From: Podarcis tiliguerta
Taxonomy: Eukaryota
Length of the DNA stretch: 64,000 nucleotides
Direction: 5' to 3' (one strand)
NCBI GenBank assembly: GCA_965153285.1
Contig: OZ229115.1
Shown here: one piece after another, positions 13,225 through 24,861 of the stretch
How the letters are laid out: the number at the start of each line of letters is the position of its first letter
How positions within the stretch are numbered: position 1 is the first letter of the stretch
Position numbers and translations under genes: made by a program
The notes under the pieces: model-generated
Told to the model about the DNA's origin: nothing
Database searches by the model: none
Seen by the model: the letters and a program-made list of their open reading frames with translations, nothing else

Positions 13225-13374
13225 TCACTCACTCAGAGGCCCTGCTTTCTCTTCTACCCGGCTGCCGTCAGAAGGGTGCAGCTTGCACCTGGAAGGGGAG
13301 TGGCGGACAGCTGAGCGCGACGGCCGAGCAAAACAGGAAGTCAGCGACTGGGAGCTGCAATCACAGGCCACGTC
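13225..13374 (-). CDS. SOGA1: SOGA1 last coding exon DVACDCSSQSLTSCFARPSRSAVRHSPSRCKLHPSDGSRVEEKAGPLSE*
   Basis: ctctctttgcag|GAC; TGA at 13227-13225; matches recalled human C-terminus DAVCDCSTQSLTSCFARSSRSAIRHSPSKCRLHPSE. Confidence 0.95.
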   Translation of the reverse strand, partial: DVACDCSSQSLTSCFARPSRSAVRHSPSRCKLHPSDGSRVEEKAGPLSE

Positions 13375-14391
13375 CTGCAAAGAGAGACAGAAGGAAAGGG
13401 TAGCGTGTGAAAAAGGATGGTCAACTTGAGATCTGTCGCAGCGTGGCGGTTAAAGGACATGAACCTTGTTCAAATCTCTCCCCAGCAAGAAACTCCCTAC
13501 ATGGCCTTGTTAAGGTATACCATTATATGCTCTGACCCACCCCCTGCAACAAATCTGCAATATGGAGTTGATAATGCAGTAGGACTTCACAGGGATGATA
13601 TGAAGATAATGTATTTGAAGCACGACGAATAGCTGAAATGCATCATTAAAAGCCTAGCAACAGGTGAAGTGCTGTTTTTAACTAAATAGTTTAGGACCAG
13701 GTTATTGCCTTCTCCCGCACGTACCTGCTTAGAGTTCCCCCTCAGAATGAAGTGAGGCAGGTAATTACCAGGGAGAGGGCCTTTTTGGTAGTGGCACCCT
13801 AGTTATGGAACAGGGAGGTTTGCCTGGTGGATTTTTCTGGAGCAAGACATTTCTGATTACCTGTGCCTTGTGTAAGCTGGGCTGACACAGCCCAACCCTC
13901 TGGAACATGGCACACACAGGAAGAGGAGAGAGCAGGGAAGTTCCACTTGCCAAACCTGACCCCTTGTCTCTTTAAGTGCTTAGTGGTGGCCAAAGCAATA
14001 TACGATGGTGGTTGTTGACATCCTTGCTTCTGGCCCTTGAAGTATGCAGTGGACAGGAGATAATGCTATGCTACATTTCAGCTCACAGAAGGGCTGAAGG
14101 CAGGGGCAGGTTAGCGGTGGAGAACCTTTTGGTTGGAACAACTGATGTAAATTATACTTTTGTACAGCAGGCTAGTTTCTATACACATACACACCATCCT
14201 CTATCCAGGCAGCCAAAAGGGGTTATCAGAGTTCAGATACATTTTAACCATGCGGAAGCACTTGGGGTGTGAAGAAGGGTCAGCAAGGGGTATATTCTGG
14301 TTCTGAGAGCCAGGTAGAGAGGCCTGGAAGGCCACATTTGGTCCCCAGGCCTGAAGTCTCCCACCCCTGTCTTAAAGCAAGCAAGCACTAC

Positions 14392-15856
14392 CTCATTGGC
14401 AATAATAGCAGAGATGATGTCTGGCTCCTTTAAGGCTCTGTCCTTGCCACCTTGGCCTGGGATGGACAGCTTTGGTTCCTCGCTGCAGCTCTGCTTCAAG
14501 GGCTTTTTGTCAAGGACCTTGGGGGCGTTTTCAGACTGCTGGAGCACAACTGAGGAGGAATGCTCCGGCTTCTTGCTGCTGCTGCTGCTGCTGCTGCTGT
14601 CTCCTCCTACCGGGTCTTTTTTCTCTGGAGTCAAAGTGGGGCTCTGAGTTCTGCCACACACATTCCGGAAAAACTCCTGCACTATCCCGTACTTAGGAGT
14701 TTCTGGCTTGGCTTTGCTTTCCTGGCATCCTGGCTTCCAGATGGACTCTGTGCTCCCAGAATGCTCCACAACATTGAACAAGCTGGACAGGCCGTCGTTA
14801 ATGTTGCTGAGAACTGGGCTGTCTCTAGTGGTGGTGGAACGAGCCCAGGCTGAGCCATTCTGTTTAGTCTGATGGAGGTTCCACAGGCTTCGGTCCTTGG
14901 AGTTGTCCAGCTTAGAAGATGATCTTCTTTGGAGTTTCGGAGAGCCGTACTTGGGGGAGCAACAAGGCCGTTCGATCCTGGAGTGGACTTTGTCCAGAGA
15001 GGTCGAGATCTGCTTGCTGCGAACGGATATAAGGGAGGAGCTTCGTGGGGACCAGCTCTTGCTGCTGTGTATGCTGCCCCTGGGCATGTCTGTCTGCAGA
15101 CCGATGCTGACAGACTGGGTAGTCTGGGTACCAACACTGGCCAATCCCACTGTCTGGCTGGAAGTGCTCTTAACCTTTCTCTCCAGGGAGCTGGAGCGGA
15201 TAGCTTGCCGGACACAGTTGGTGATCTCCTTCATGTCATCGCTCATGTTGCCGGAGATCTCAAGGTCATGCAGGGAAGGCGGAAATCTGGGCACAGGGGC
15301 CACAGCTTTCTCGCTAACAGTATTGCTGTCAAGCAGCTCTCGGTGCTGCTTGGAGAAGTTGCACAGCCACCGGCTGTACATGTTTTCGGAGCTGTCCGAT
15401 TCTTCCTTGGGCTTGGCCATGGTGAACAGGAAGCCAGGCTCAACCATTATCTTCCCGTCTCTCTTGTGTACTAGGGGCGATTCCAACCTACGTACCACCG
15501 GTGGGCTATAATATATGCGGATCCCAGTCTTGTCGGGAGCAGTGTAGCTTCTCTGCACGTGTTTCTGGGCCTGATCCTGCACAGAGAAGCTGCTTGACTG
15601 GGTGAAGTTGCATGACGAGACATCCAGCTTCTCTGTGGTCAGGCTCTCTGGCGTGGGCTGCTCACTATTCAGATAGGCACAGTTATTGGGGGCAAACCCT
15701 GCAGGGTCCTTCAAAGTGTCAGGCAACACCTGTGTAGCTGGAGAGCCCTTTTTGCTGCGGACGTTGTCTGTGATGACGGGACTGGTTTTGCCAGGAAGAT
15801 AAGGAGAACAATCAAGCAAACTTTCAAATTCAGACATTGAGGAGACTGACTTGGTC
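14392..15856 (-). CDS. SOGA1: SOGA1 penultimate large exon (R)TKSVSSMSEFESLLDCSPY...SAIIANE
   Basis: ttctatccag|G...GAG|gtagtg; 1465 nt, phase 2/0; conserved motifs KTGIRIYYSPP, ERPCCSPKYGSPKLQRR, SAWARSTTTRDSPVL. Confidence 0.96.
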
Positions 15857-16740
15857 CTGGATAGAAAAGAGAAGGGAGCAAGCACATTTATTAGGGAAGA
15901 TGTCTTATTTCTATCTCCAGGCTCTGTCCTTCCTAAGTAGAAGCTTTTTCCTGGTTGGGGTATATCTACTTTCCTGCTTCATGGTTCCGACAGATGATGG
16001 CCAATTCTCCTATTATTTTCCAAGTCATCTCTTAAGATGACCAGGAAATCAAGAAAAATAGGATGGAAGGCATGCCTTCAATGTCAGAATGGACAAAAGA
16101 CAGATGGATGCCTGCAGACCTGCCTTTCAAATTTTGTATTCCAAACTTCCATTTGGACATTCTGACATTACAAAGGCTAATGTCTTCTGCCATTCCCCAC
16201 TATCTCCATTATCCCCTAAGTTATGAGTAGGGTAAATAATCACCTACAGAGAACACAAAGAAGACAGGTGAGGGGAAATAATAGCATACAGTGATTAAAA
16301 GGCAATACCATTATCAAGGTAACATGTTTTGTGTTTTCAACAAGGGAGTAGTATAAAAGCATGATAAGAAATATGAGCATGCACACCATTTACTTCTGTC
16401 CCTGAAAGATGCAATGAGAGTCAAATAGTTCCCTGGTAATATGCATTTTGTGTATTTACACTTGCTGAAGACAGAGGTATGGAGGCTGGTAAATTATACA
16501 GATAGGCTCACATGCAAACAACCAAGCAGTCTATATTTTCAGTCTCATTGTGGCATCAGGTATTGCCAGCTACCAGTTTTGCACAGAGAAGGAAAACATA
16601 TGTTACCGCACCCCATGGCCTCAATGTGCTTTTCTCTCCAATCGTTAAGCTTGAGTATAGCTAGAGGAGCCGGCTGACTGTTTTCCAGATGGTGAAGAGT
16701 TGAAGGAAGAAGCAAAACTTAGAAGCTGCACACAACTCAC

Positions 16741-16811
16741 CTTTTTAAGTTGCTTCCTTTCATGTCTGTTTCGGAAACAGTTTCTTTGTCGGTGATTTTC
16801 TCATTGAGAGT
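16741..16811 (-). CDS. SOGA1: SOGA1 exon TLNEKITDKETVSETDMKGSNLK(R)
   Basis: ttcctttcag|ACT...AG|gtgagt; 71 nt, phase 0/2, matching the phase of the next exon. Confidence 0.92.
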
Positions 16812-17037
16812 CTGAAAGGAACATTAGAGAGGCCTTTTATCATCAGTAGTGCCTTGCAACATCATGGCAGGCCTGGAGAAGCTTAGCTAAAGAGGGCAGA
16901 GGGGTCAGCTTCCCAGAGGAATGTAAGGCTTCACTTTGCACTTAAGCAGCAAAAAAGTGCTCTGTGGGGATTTCCCCTAAATTTCAGAATTCAGTGCGAT
17001 GTCAGGAGCTCAGTCAAAATGCTCATTGCTCTAGGGT

Positions 17038-17290
17038 CATGGGCAGACAAACTAAGGCCCAGGGGCCAGATCCAGCCCAATCGCCTTCTTAATCCGGCCC
17101 GCAGACGGTCCGGGAATCAGCGTGTTTTTACATGAGTAGAATGTGTCCTTTTATTTAAAATGCATCTCTGGGTTATTTGTGGGGCACAGGAATTCGTTCA
17201 TTATTATTTTTTTCAAAATAGAGTCCGGCCCACCACAAGGTCTGAGGGACAGTGGACTGGCCCCCTGCTGAAAAAGTTTGCTGACCCCTG
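17038..17290 (-). mobile_element. hAT-type MITE (inverse copy of the 58961 family)
   Basis: Shared internal sequence; flanks ctctagggt and ctctaggt form a near-perfect TSD. Confidence 0.85.
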
Positions 17291-17606
17291 CTCTAGGTGT
17301 TACAGTTTTCATAGAAATGCACTTCAAAGTTAGCTGAAATCTGAAGTGCTATTAAGAGATCAAAAATAGCAATCATGACCAAGGCTAGGATATTTTAATG
17401 CATGCAGGTAAATTCAACAGATGCAGCATTCCTCAGCACAAAGGTGTAGAGATGGAAATAGCTGACCCTGTTGAATTTCTGTCTGTCACACAGCCCCTCT
17501 CAGGAAACACATTCCTAATATCCTCACCATAAGTAATAAGAGACATGTAACCTATTTAGTGAATGCCTTGCTGAACCAGGAGGAGGTATAGCTAACTCTG
17601 TGTCCA

Positions 17607-17856
17607 AAGAAGAAGAGGAGGAGTTTGGATTTGATATCCTGCTTTATCATTACCCGAAGGAGTCTCAAAGCGGCTAACATTCTCCTTTCCCTTCCTCCCC
17701 CACAACAAACACTCTGTGAGGTGAGTGGGGCTGAGAGGCTTCAAAGAAGTGTGACAAGCCCAAGGTCACCCAGCAGCTGCATATGGAGGAGCGGAGACAC
17801 GAATCCGGTTCACCAGATTACAAGTCTATCACTCTTAACCACTACACCACACAGCC
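17607..17856 (-). mobile_element. Squam3-like SINE
   Basis: Highly similar to the 50549 and 56800 copies (shared spurious ORF SLKAANILLSLPPPQQTLCEV). Confidence 0.85.
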
Positions 17857-18037
17857 AACCATAGGCATCTAGAATGCTCAGAAGTATCAAATGTGATCAT
17901 TCCCTTATAATTTGTCCCCAGCATAATTCTACAGCTTCCATTCACCTTTCTGGGGCAAGGTTTTAGTTCACACCCAACACATGTCATCTCTGCCTGAATT
18001 TTACAGGTTTGGACAAAGCCGTTCCTGTCCAGCTTAC

Positions 18038-18109
18038 CTCTTTCCAGCTACTGCCATGCTTCTCCATTTCAGAGTTTTTCAAAGCCCAGAGGTCAGCTCC
18101 CTTCTGCAG
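18038..18109 (-). CDS. SOGA1: SOGA1 exon LQKGADLWALKNSEMEKHGSSWKE
   Basis: ttgtctttcag|CTG...GAG|gtaagc; 72 nt; recalled human LQKAADPWVLKHSELEKQDNSWKE. Confidence 0.92.
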
Positions 18110-19461
18110 CTGAAAGACAAAGCAATTCTAGTGCTGGGCCTGCACATAAGAGCCAATTTGTCCTCTATGTGGCATTGCTGTGGACAATACCCCCCCCCCC
18201 CAGTTTCTAATGAGTGCACTGCAAGGTTCAGCCCCTGCAGGGACAACCCAATGGCATCACAGTACTCGGGGGATATTGGGTGTTCCTTGCAGCACCCACA
18301 TATTTCTGGCAGAGACACTGTTTCAAAAAAATCAATCACTAATAGAGAAACTGGAGCTTGGGGGCAGATGTGTTGCCTAGGATCCATTTTGATAGAGGGT
18401 CAGGCTGGGGATGAGTCAATGAACATTAACTGCTGGCAAAGGAATGTGTTCAATGTGCCACTGGGGGACAGACAGATCTATTCCACCATTGCAGATCACG
18501 CAAAATCTGCAGGGGAGATGATAGAGGGTCTCAGGTTTTATTTAGGTGCCTCATTTGTAGCCTACTGATGTCCAAAACACACATGCATCTACAGTAACAT
18601 AGCTGGTTCACAATTCATGAACCTTGATTTCTCTGCATGGTTTGGGGTGGGATATGTGGTGGTGGAGGGAAGGCGGGGCTTTTGGGTTTTTAACAGCTGT
18701 GAGGCAGGCAGAAATGCAACAGGTCAAGCCTCTTCTAGTCTGGAAATTATGGGGAAAGCTTAATATGTTGACACTCTGGCTGCCAGTCAGCTTATTAATT
18801 CTGTGTGGATCCCAATTTATCTTTGGGCCTTGTACCCCATCTGCAAAAGAGAAGATAAAATTGCATATAATGCCAAGTGCAGTCAGATTATATGCAAATT
18901 TATCTTCTTATATAAAGTTGTATCGAATGTTAGTCATACTCAGCATCACCCAGTAGAATTTTGTTGGAACCTGGAACCAGAAAATCATGTCGGCAGCTCT
19001 GCACAAGAGGGGGTTATGTGTACACCGCTAGCGTGTGTGCTGCATGCAAGCACATGCATGTATTCATGGGAACAAGGAAGCCTAGGGGATAGGCATTTGT
19101 TGGCCAGCATCATTATCCTGATTCATATTATTATTATGCTTTTATCCTGCCCTTCCTCCACGAGGCTCAGAAGGCATACAGAGCTGTCCTTCTCCCAAAC
19201 ACCTTGAGGAATAGGCTAGTGATAGTGATTGGCTGGAAGTCACCCAGGGAGTTCCGTGGCTGGGCAGGGATTTAAATCCAGGACTGGACTCGACCACAAC
19301 ACTCTGCATCTATACCCACACTTATGCTCATGCAGGGACATCCATTGCTGCCAGCCTATATTGATTCTGCTAAGGGTATGCACATTATATTCACACTTGC
19401 TGAAATACTTGCTGAGACTTTGGAGGGCGAGTTGCACCCACACAATGCATTCCGTTCTCAC

Positions 19462-19713
19462 CTGATTTATTTTGTTCTGCAGCTCCTTCATTTGCTGCTC
19501 TGCCTGCTGCCGTTCATCCTTGAATCGGTCCAGGAGCTCCAGCTTCTCCTGGTCCCAGTTCTTCTCGCTGATCTGCAGCTGCTTGGTCAGATCCATGACG
19601 GCGCTGTACGACTCAGCCAGGAGGTGCTGGTGCTCCTCCCTCTCCCTCTTCAGAGCTGTCTTCCAGTCAGAGAGCGCTCGCTCTGTTAAGCCTTTCCCAG
19701 GCTTGGATTCCAG
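19462..19713 (-). CDS. SOGA1: SOGA1 exon LESKPGKGLTERALSDWK...VMDLTKQLQISEKNW...QNKINQ (start of KIAA0408-like/DUF4482 region)
   Basis: cccacacag|CTG...CAG|gtgaga; 252 nt. Confidence 0.95.
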
Positions 19714-21006
19714 CTGTGTGGGACAAAGGAAGTGGCTGTGTCAAGGAACCCAATTAAATCAAAAGCCGCAGCTTCCTTGCCTTTGTCTAAGATTGGTTAT
19801 GGGAGACTCTTTGGCTTGCTGTGCCGGAAAGGTGGACAGGTTCAATGGAATATATTCATGGTAGAATTACTGGTTAGGAATTGGAGAGAGATGGAGCACT
19901 TCATATCCTTTCTCCAAAGCAGCCAATATTTAACACGGTCAGAACAAGGTATGCCAAAGTAACTAAAAACTTGGTTATGTTCCCCTTTTTCCATTTGGTA
20001 AAAATCAGACTTGGGCCACATTCACACCATACACTATGATGCCACTTTAAACAATCATGGCTTCCCACAAACAATTCTGGGAACTGTAGTTTGTTAGAGG
20101 TGCTGGGAGTTGTTAGGGGACCCCTATTCCCCTCACAGAGCTACAGTTCTCAGTGTGGATTAGCAAGAAATCCCTCTTCACAGGGAACTCTGGGAACTGT
20201 ATCTTTATTTTAGGGAAGTGTGGTGGGGAAGAAACAGGCAGTGGAGGAAAGGAGATCAGGGCAGCAGGCAACCATGGTGCTAGCAATCCACGGCTACATT
20301 TGACAGCTCTGTGTAGCCAGAATCGGGAGACTGGCCAGCCCCATGATCTCCAGCTTCATCTTTGACAGCCTCCTGGACTGCACAGCTAGCTATCAATTGC
20401 AGCCAGAGACTGTGCAGCTGGTCAACCCCATGATCTCCATCTGCAGTGACTGCACAAGTGAAGTGCAAGTCCCAATCTGACTCTGGGTAAGCCTGAAGGG
20501 GCACTGTGCTTGCCTTCGATTTGGATTGTTCTCATTCAAGCAGTGGTTCTTGCATTTCTGAGCACTGCTGCTTTAAATAATTACCTATTTCTAGCAGGAA
20601 TTAATATGAATAAGCATGAGTCCGGGACCCAATGAGACAGCTATAAAGGTCAGCTTTTTAGATGTTGCACATCATTAGTTTGCTTGCAGGAGTATGAACT
20701 GGGCTTCAGCCCTTTTTATGGAAGGAGTTACTTTAAGGAGAAAAATACTCAGTTTTCTCAAGGATCAGTACATAGCTGATGCAGCAACCAGCTGTCTGGA
20801 AACAGGGAGATAATGGATAAGGTTCCATAACATGAAGGAATGGCTCCCATAACAAATGGAGATCAAGGCCAGAGAACTGTTGGAGAAATAGTTTGTTCCC
20901 ATAACATACTAACCGCAAACTGCCACAAACAGAAAACAAATTATGATATTCCCCTTTTGAATATGATACATTAATTGCTATTGCTGATGCAGAAGAAATA
21001 GAGGAT

Positions 21007-21602
21007 TGTGTATGACAAGCTTCAAAAAATATTTAAGTATAACTTTACGAAAAATACAGAAGCTTTTCTACTAGGGATAACGGACACAGGTATAGCAAGA
21101 GAAGATCAGAAAATATTCCTCTATGCCACAGGAGCAGCAAGGATCCTAACTGCTAAAAACTGGGAAAAAGAAACTGTGCCAACAAAAAAGGAATGGCAAG
21201 ATAAACTGTTAGAGTATATTGAACTGGCCAGATTAACAGGCAATTAGAGATCACACTAGGCAAGAGTTTCAAAAAGCATGAGGAAAATGCAGAGAGTATT
21301 TCACAAAAGAGTGCCCTAAAATACATACCTGGACTTGTTTCGATTAATGTCTGCAGGAGACTTTGTGGATATTTAAGTTATAATTAGAATAATTATTCAT
21401 AAAGGAAACAATTCATAAGTAGTAAATAAGGAGGCCAGATACAGGATAAAGGAAGTCTTTTATTTGTTTGTTTGTTTGTATTGTTGTATGTTATGCTCAC
21501 TGTATGTTATGTTCATGTTTAATGAGGGTGGATTTGTGTATTGGGGGTGGGGGGTTTGTGGTATGTTGTAAATAAAATTCCAATAAAAATGAAGCTCACC
21601 GG
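21007..21602 (+). mobile_element. 5'-truncated L1-clade LINE (ORF2 C-terminus plus 3' UTR) with 16-bp TSD
   Basis: Peptide EAFLLG...YATGAARILTAKNW...PTKKEW typical of reptile L1 ORF2 end; AATAAA near 21582; TSD AGAAGAAATAGAGGAT at 20991-21006 and 21603-21618. Confidence 0.85.
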
Positions 21603-24600
21603 AGAAGAAATAGAGGATAGTATTAAATCCTATTAGAGCTTCTTATTTGCTTGATGTTTTGGGAGACACTGCAAAGGCCGATAATACTTCCAGGACTCTA
21701 GGTGTCTCTGGAAATCTGGAGGATTTCCTACAGTGCTACAGTGCTAAATCCTACTGAAAACCTCCATGAATTAGCTCCCTCATTTATCTGTATGTAACAG
21801 TGACCATGAGGATGACTACCACACTCCTTCAATTCCACTTAAAACATTGTGCAAAAGAGACTGCTGCTTCTGAAGTGTGGTGTGTTAATAATGGCAGTAA
21901 AACATTTCTATAGTGGTAAACATCTCCATAGGTAATATGCTTTTCAGAGGTGGAAAAAAGGAGGGAGAAACATGAAATCTGAAATTATTTACGGAACAGA
22001 ATAGCTCACAGCAACCGTAGAATCTTTAGATGAAACATGCTACTCAAACATACTGATATCAATTAGGACATGGCTAGTACAAGGGCGTTTCATTTGTGGA
22101 TCTAAATATATTCAATAAAAGCCATGCTGCCCAGCAAACTGCATATTCTGAAAGTGGAAGTATGAACTATAGCAAGGAAGAGCCAGCATCAAGGGACTTC
22201 CAAAGCAGACACAGAGACAAATGCCTTGGGAATTATTGGCTCAACAGTGCAATCAATTCCCTTCTGAGCAGGCACGGCCCCCAAATCATGATGCTCAGCA
22301 AGTGAGCTCTTGTAATCAGCTTACAAACAGAATACCGGTGTTGTGGTCACCCAGGAGTCAGAGACTCTCCAAAAGTCGTTCCTTGTATATGATGGACAGA
22401 AGGTGAGTCGGCAGCCTCTGCCAAAACTGCTTTCGGGTGTCCAGTAACAAGCTAACTGCATGCTGATGCCAAGGAAGTTGGTTACATAACTGCTGTCTGG
22501 GAGATTAGCATTAAGGGCAATGAGAATCCTTGGGGTTAACACTTTGCATACTACCCATTGTGCCAGCTGTGTGAGATCAGAGGCAAGCACAACGTACTAG
22601 GTGTGCATGCCCCAACAAAATAAAGGCCACAGCACTGCACTTCCAGAGAACAGTAAGCTCATTCTAGGAGCCCCCTTTCTCAGGCCTGCAGGCACTTGAC
22701 AGCTCAGACAGCTGAATAGGAAATGATTATTCTAATCAGATAATAATTGGACATGTTTGCTGCATTTATGCATAGCAGCAGTTCAGTACAGATGCCATTC
22801 TGGGTGAGTAAACAGATAATGGGCATCTGGGGGAATCCATGTAAGATCTAATAATGGCATCTCCAGAGCAAAGTACCAGCAAGTGGGTTATTACTTGAGA
22901 CTTCATTATTATAACCCTAATGCATCTTCATGCAGCTGCTGAAATGAGGCTGTAATAAAAAGAAAGTAGCATCAATTTACAAGGGCTCAACCACGAGCTG
23001 CCACCTCATTGTATAAGTAAGTGGAGAGATTATGACAATGAAGGACTAATGCGTCAGCAGCTCTATTCCTTATCCCCACCCCCACCCCCCACTTGCCTAT
23101 TCAACGGCAGAACAAGGGTGCAGAGGAGACACACTAGGAACAAGAAATGCTCCTGGATTTGCAGAATGACCGTACGCAGTGATATCTTGGTTATAGCACT
23201 ACTTTTATCTTCTAATGCTATGCTGGAAAACCTGTGGCTCTCCTGGTATTGTTTGAGTCCCGGCCTGGACAATGGTAAGGGATGGTGGTAGCTGAAATCC
23301 AACAACATCTGGAGGGCCACACATTCCCCATCTCTGTTCTAAGGACTCACCCAGGCAGCAGTTTCTACATTTCTTGGGCATTTTTTCTGCCCTAGGATAA
23401 TACCATGCTTAGCATAGGGAGTCAGCTGCGCACACTGTGCAAGCCGAGTTCCTGGTGAAAGCGCATCCTGTCCAATGCCAGTGCAGGACGAAGTGTTCCA
23501 CATAGCGCTGTTGCAGGGGGATTGCATTCCCAGTTCCATTTGGACATGCCCTAGAAAACTATTCTAGTAGGTGCAGTATCTGTTTTATCACAACATTTAT
23601 CAATTGTCTGGGCACACTGAATTTGTTTCTGGTAACTGCAGCTTATCTGCCAACTTATAGTCCATTATCAAACTTTGCTATCTGGGTGAAAAGCCAAATA
23701 CATGAGTAGAAGGCTCAGGCAGTGCAGTCTAAACACTTTTATGTGCTTGCAAAAATTACCTCCCCCAACTCCCTGCCCAAATTCCTCAAACTATTCAATG
23801 TTTGGCATGTGAATTGCTAGCAACCTAAAAAGCAGGAATCTCCCAGAAGCAGAAGCTGGCATGTGTTCACTACATATAAGGCTACCTGTGGAAGAAGTGG
23901 GTCAGATTTGTTAGGTTGGGGAAAAACTGGGAGCCGGCTGCCTGCTCTCCTCCAATACAATAAGCGTCTATGTCTGTTTTCTTCTCTGAGGAAGTTATGG
24001 CAGGTCTCCACTTGTTGTATTTGTTCGGCTAATACTTCAAATAGATAAGCTGTGCATAATCTCTGATCTGTGTGAACATTTATTCATGCAAGCCATCAAC
24101 TTGTAATTTTTTGTGGTTGCATTTTTTGTAAGTGTACATTTTTAATGCTGTGTCTTAGATTGTTGTATGCCAGCCTGCGGTGAATTATGATTAGTAATAC
24201 TAGTACCCCAGAAAGTTTCCAATCAGAGACTGATCAAGACCTTCAATTAGTCAGCCATGCTGGTGAGAAGGAAATCCCAGCTCATGGCAGCTCCTCCTTC
24301 TATGTCATGATGAGAGAGTAAGGTTCTTTGGTATTAGTGCACAAATAAGAATGGATTCAGCCTCAGTTTAACAACTGCATCTCATTCCATGTTGGGGGGG
24401 GGCATGGAATCAGTTTGGCAATGTAAATATACAAATCTATAATTTGAATAGGTGTGTGTGTGTGTGATATTTTGGCAAGGCCTGCCCATCAAGGCCTATA
24501 GATTTGACTCCTGTTTGGATTGTTCATCGCTGTACCATGAGCCTTACACTTCCTTAGTAATGTAACTCAAATGTGCTTGCTAGGCTTTGCTGGAAGGGGT

Positions 24601-24620
24601 GAATCACACCTATAGTATTA

Positions 24621-24861
24621 CAGTGGTACCTCGGGTTACATATGCTTCAGGTTGCATACGCTTCAGGTTACACACTCCGCTAACCCAGAAATAGTGCTTC
24701 AGGTTAAGAACTTTGCTTCAGGATGAGAACAGAAATTGTGCTTCAGCAGTGAGGCGGCAGCAGGAGGCCCCATTAGCTAAAGTGGTGCTTCGGGTTAAGA
24801 ACATTTCAGGTTAAGAACGGACCTCTGGAACAAATTAAGTACTTAACCCGAGGTACCACTG
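24621..24861. mobile_element. Tc1/mariner (Tigger/pogo-like) MITE
   Basis: Perfect 18-bp TIR CAGTGGTACCTCGGGTTA; TA on the left flank, TG on the right. Confidence 0.85.

Noticed and set aside
14233-14391. C-terminal extension VVLACFKTGVGDFRPG... of the 550-aa ORF
   Set aside because: Read-through past the donor into an intronic hAT-like element; the true C-terminus is the exon at 13225-13374.
17625-17864. Repeated ORF 'SLKAANILLSLPPPQQTLCEV' (three copies)
   Set aside because: Antisense translation of a SINE, not a gene family.
20280-20504. Minus ORF with internal CCCCATGATCTCCA duplication
   Set aside because: No compatible splice sites to SOGA1; probably an old repeat or local duplication.
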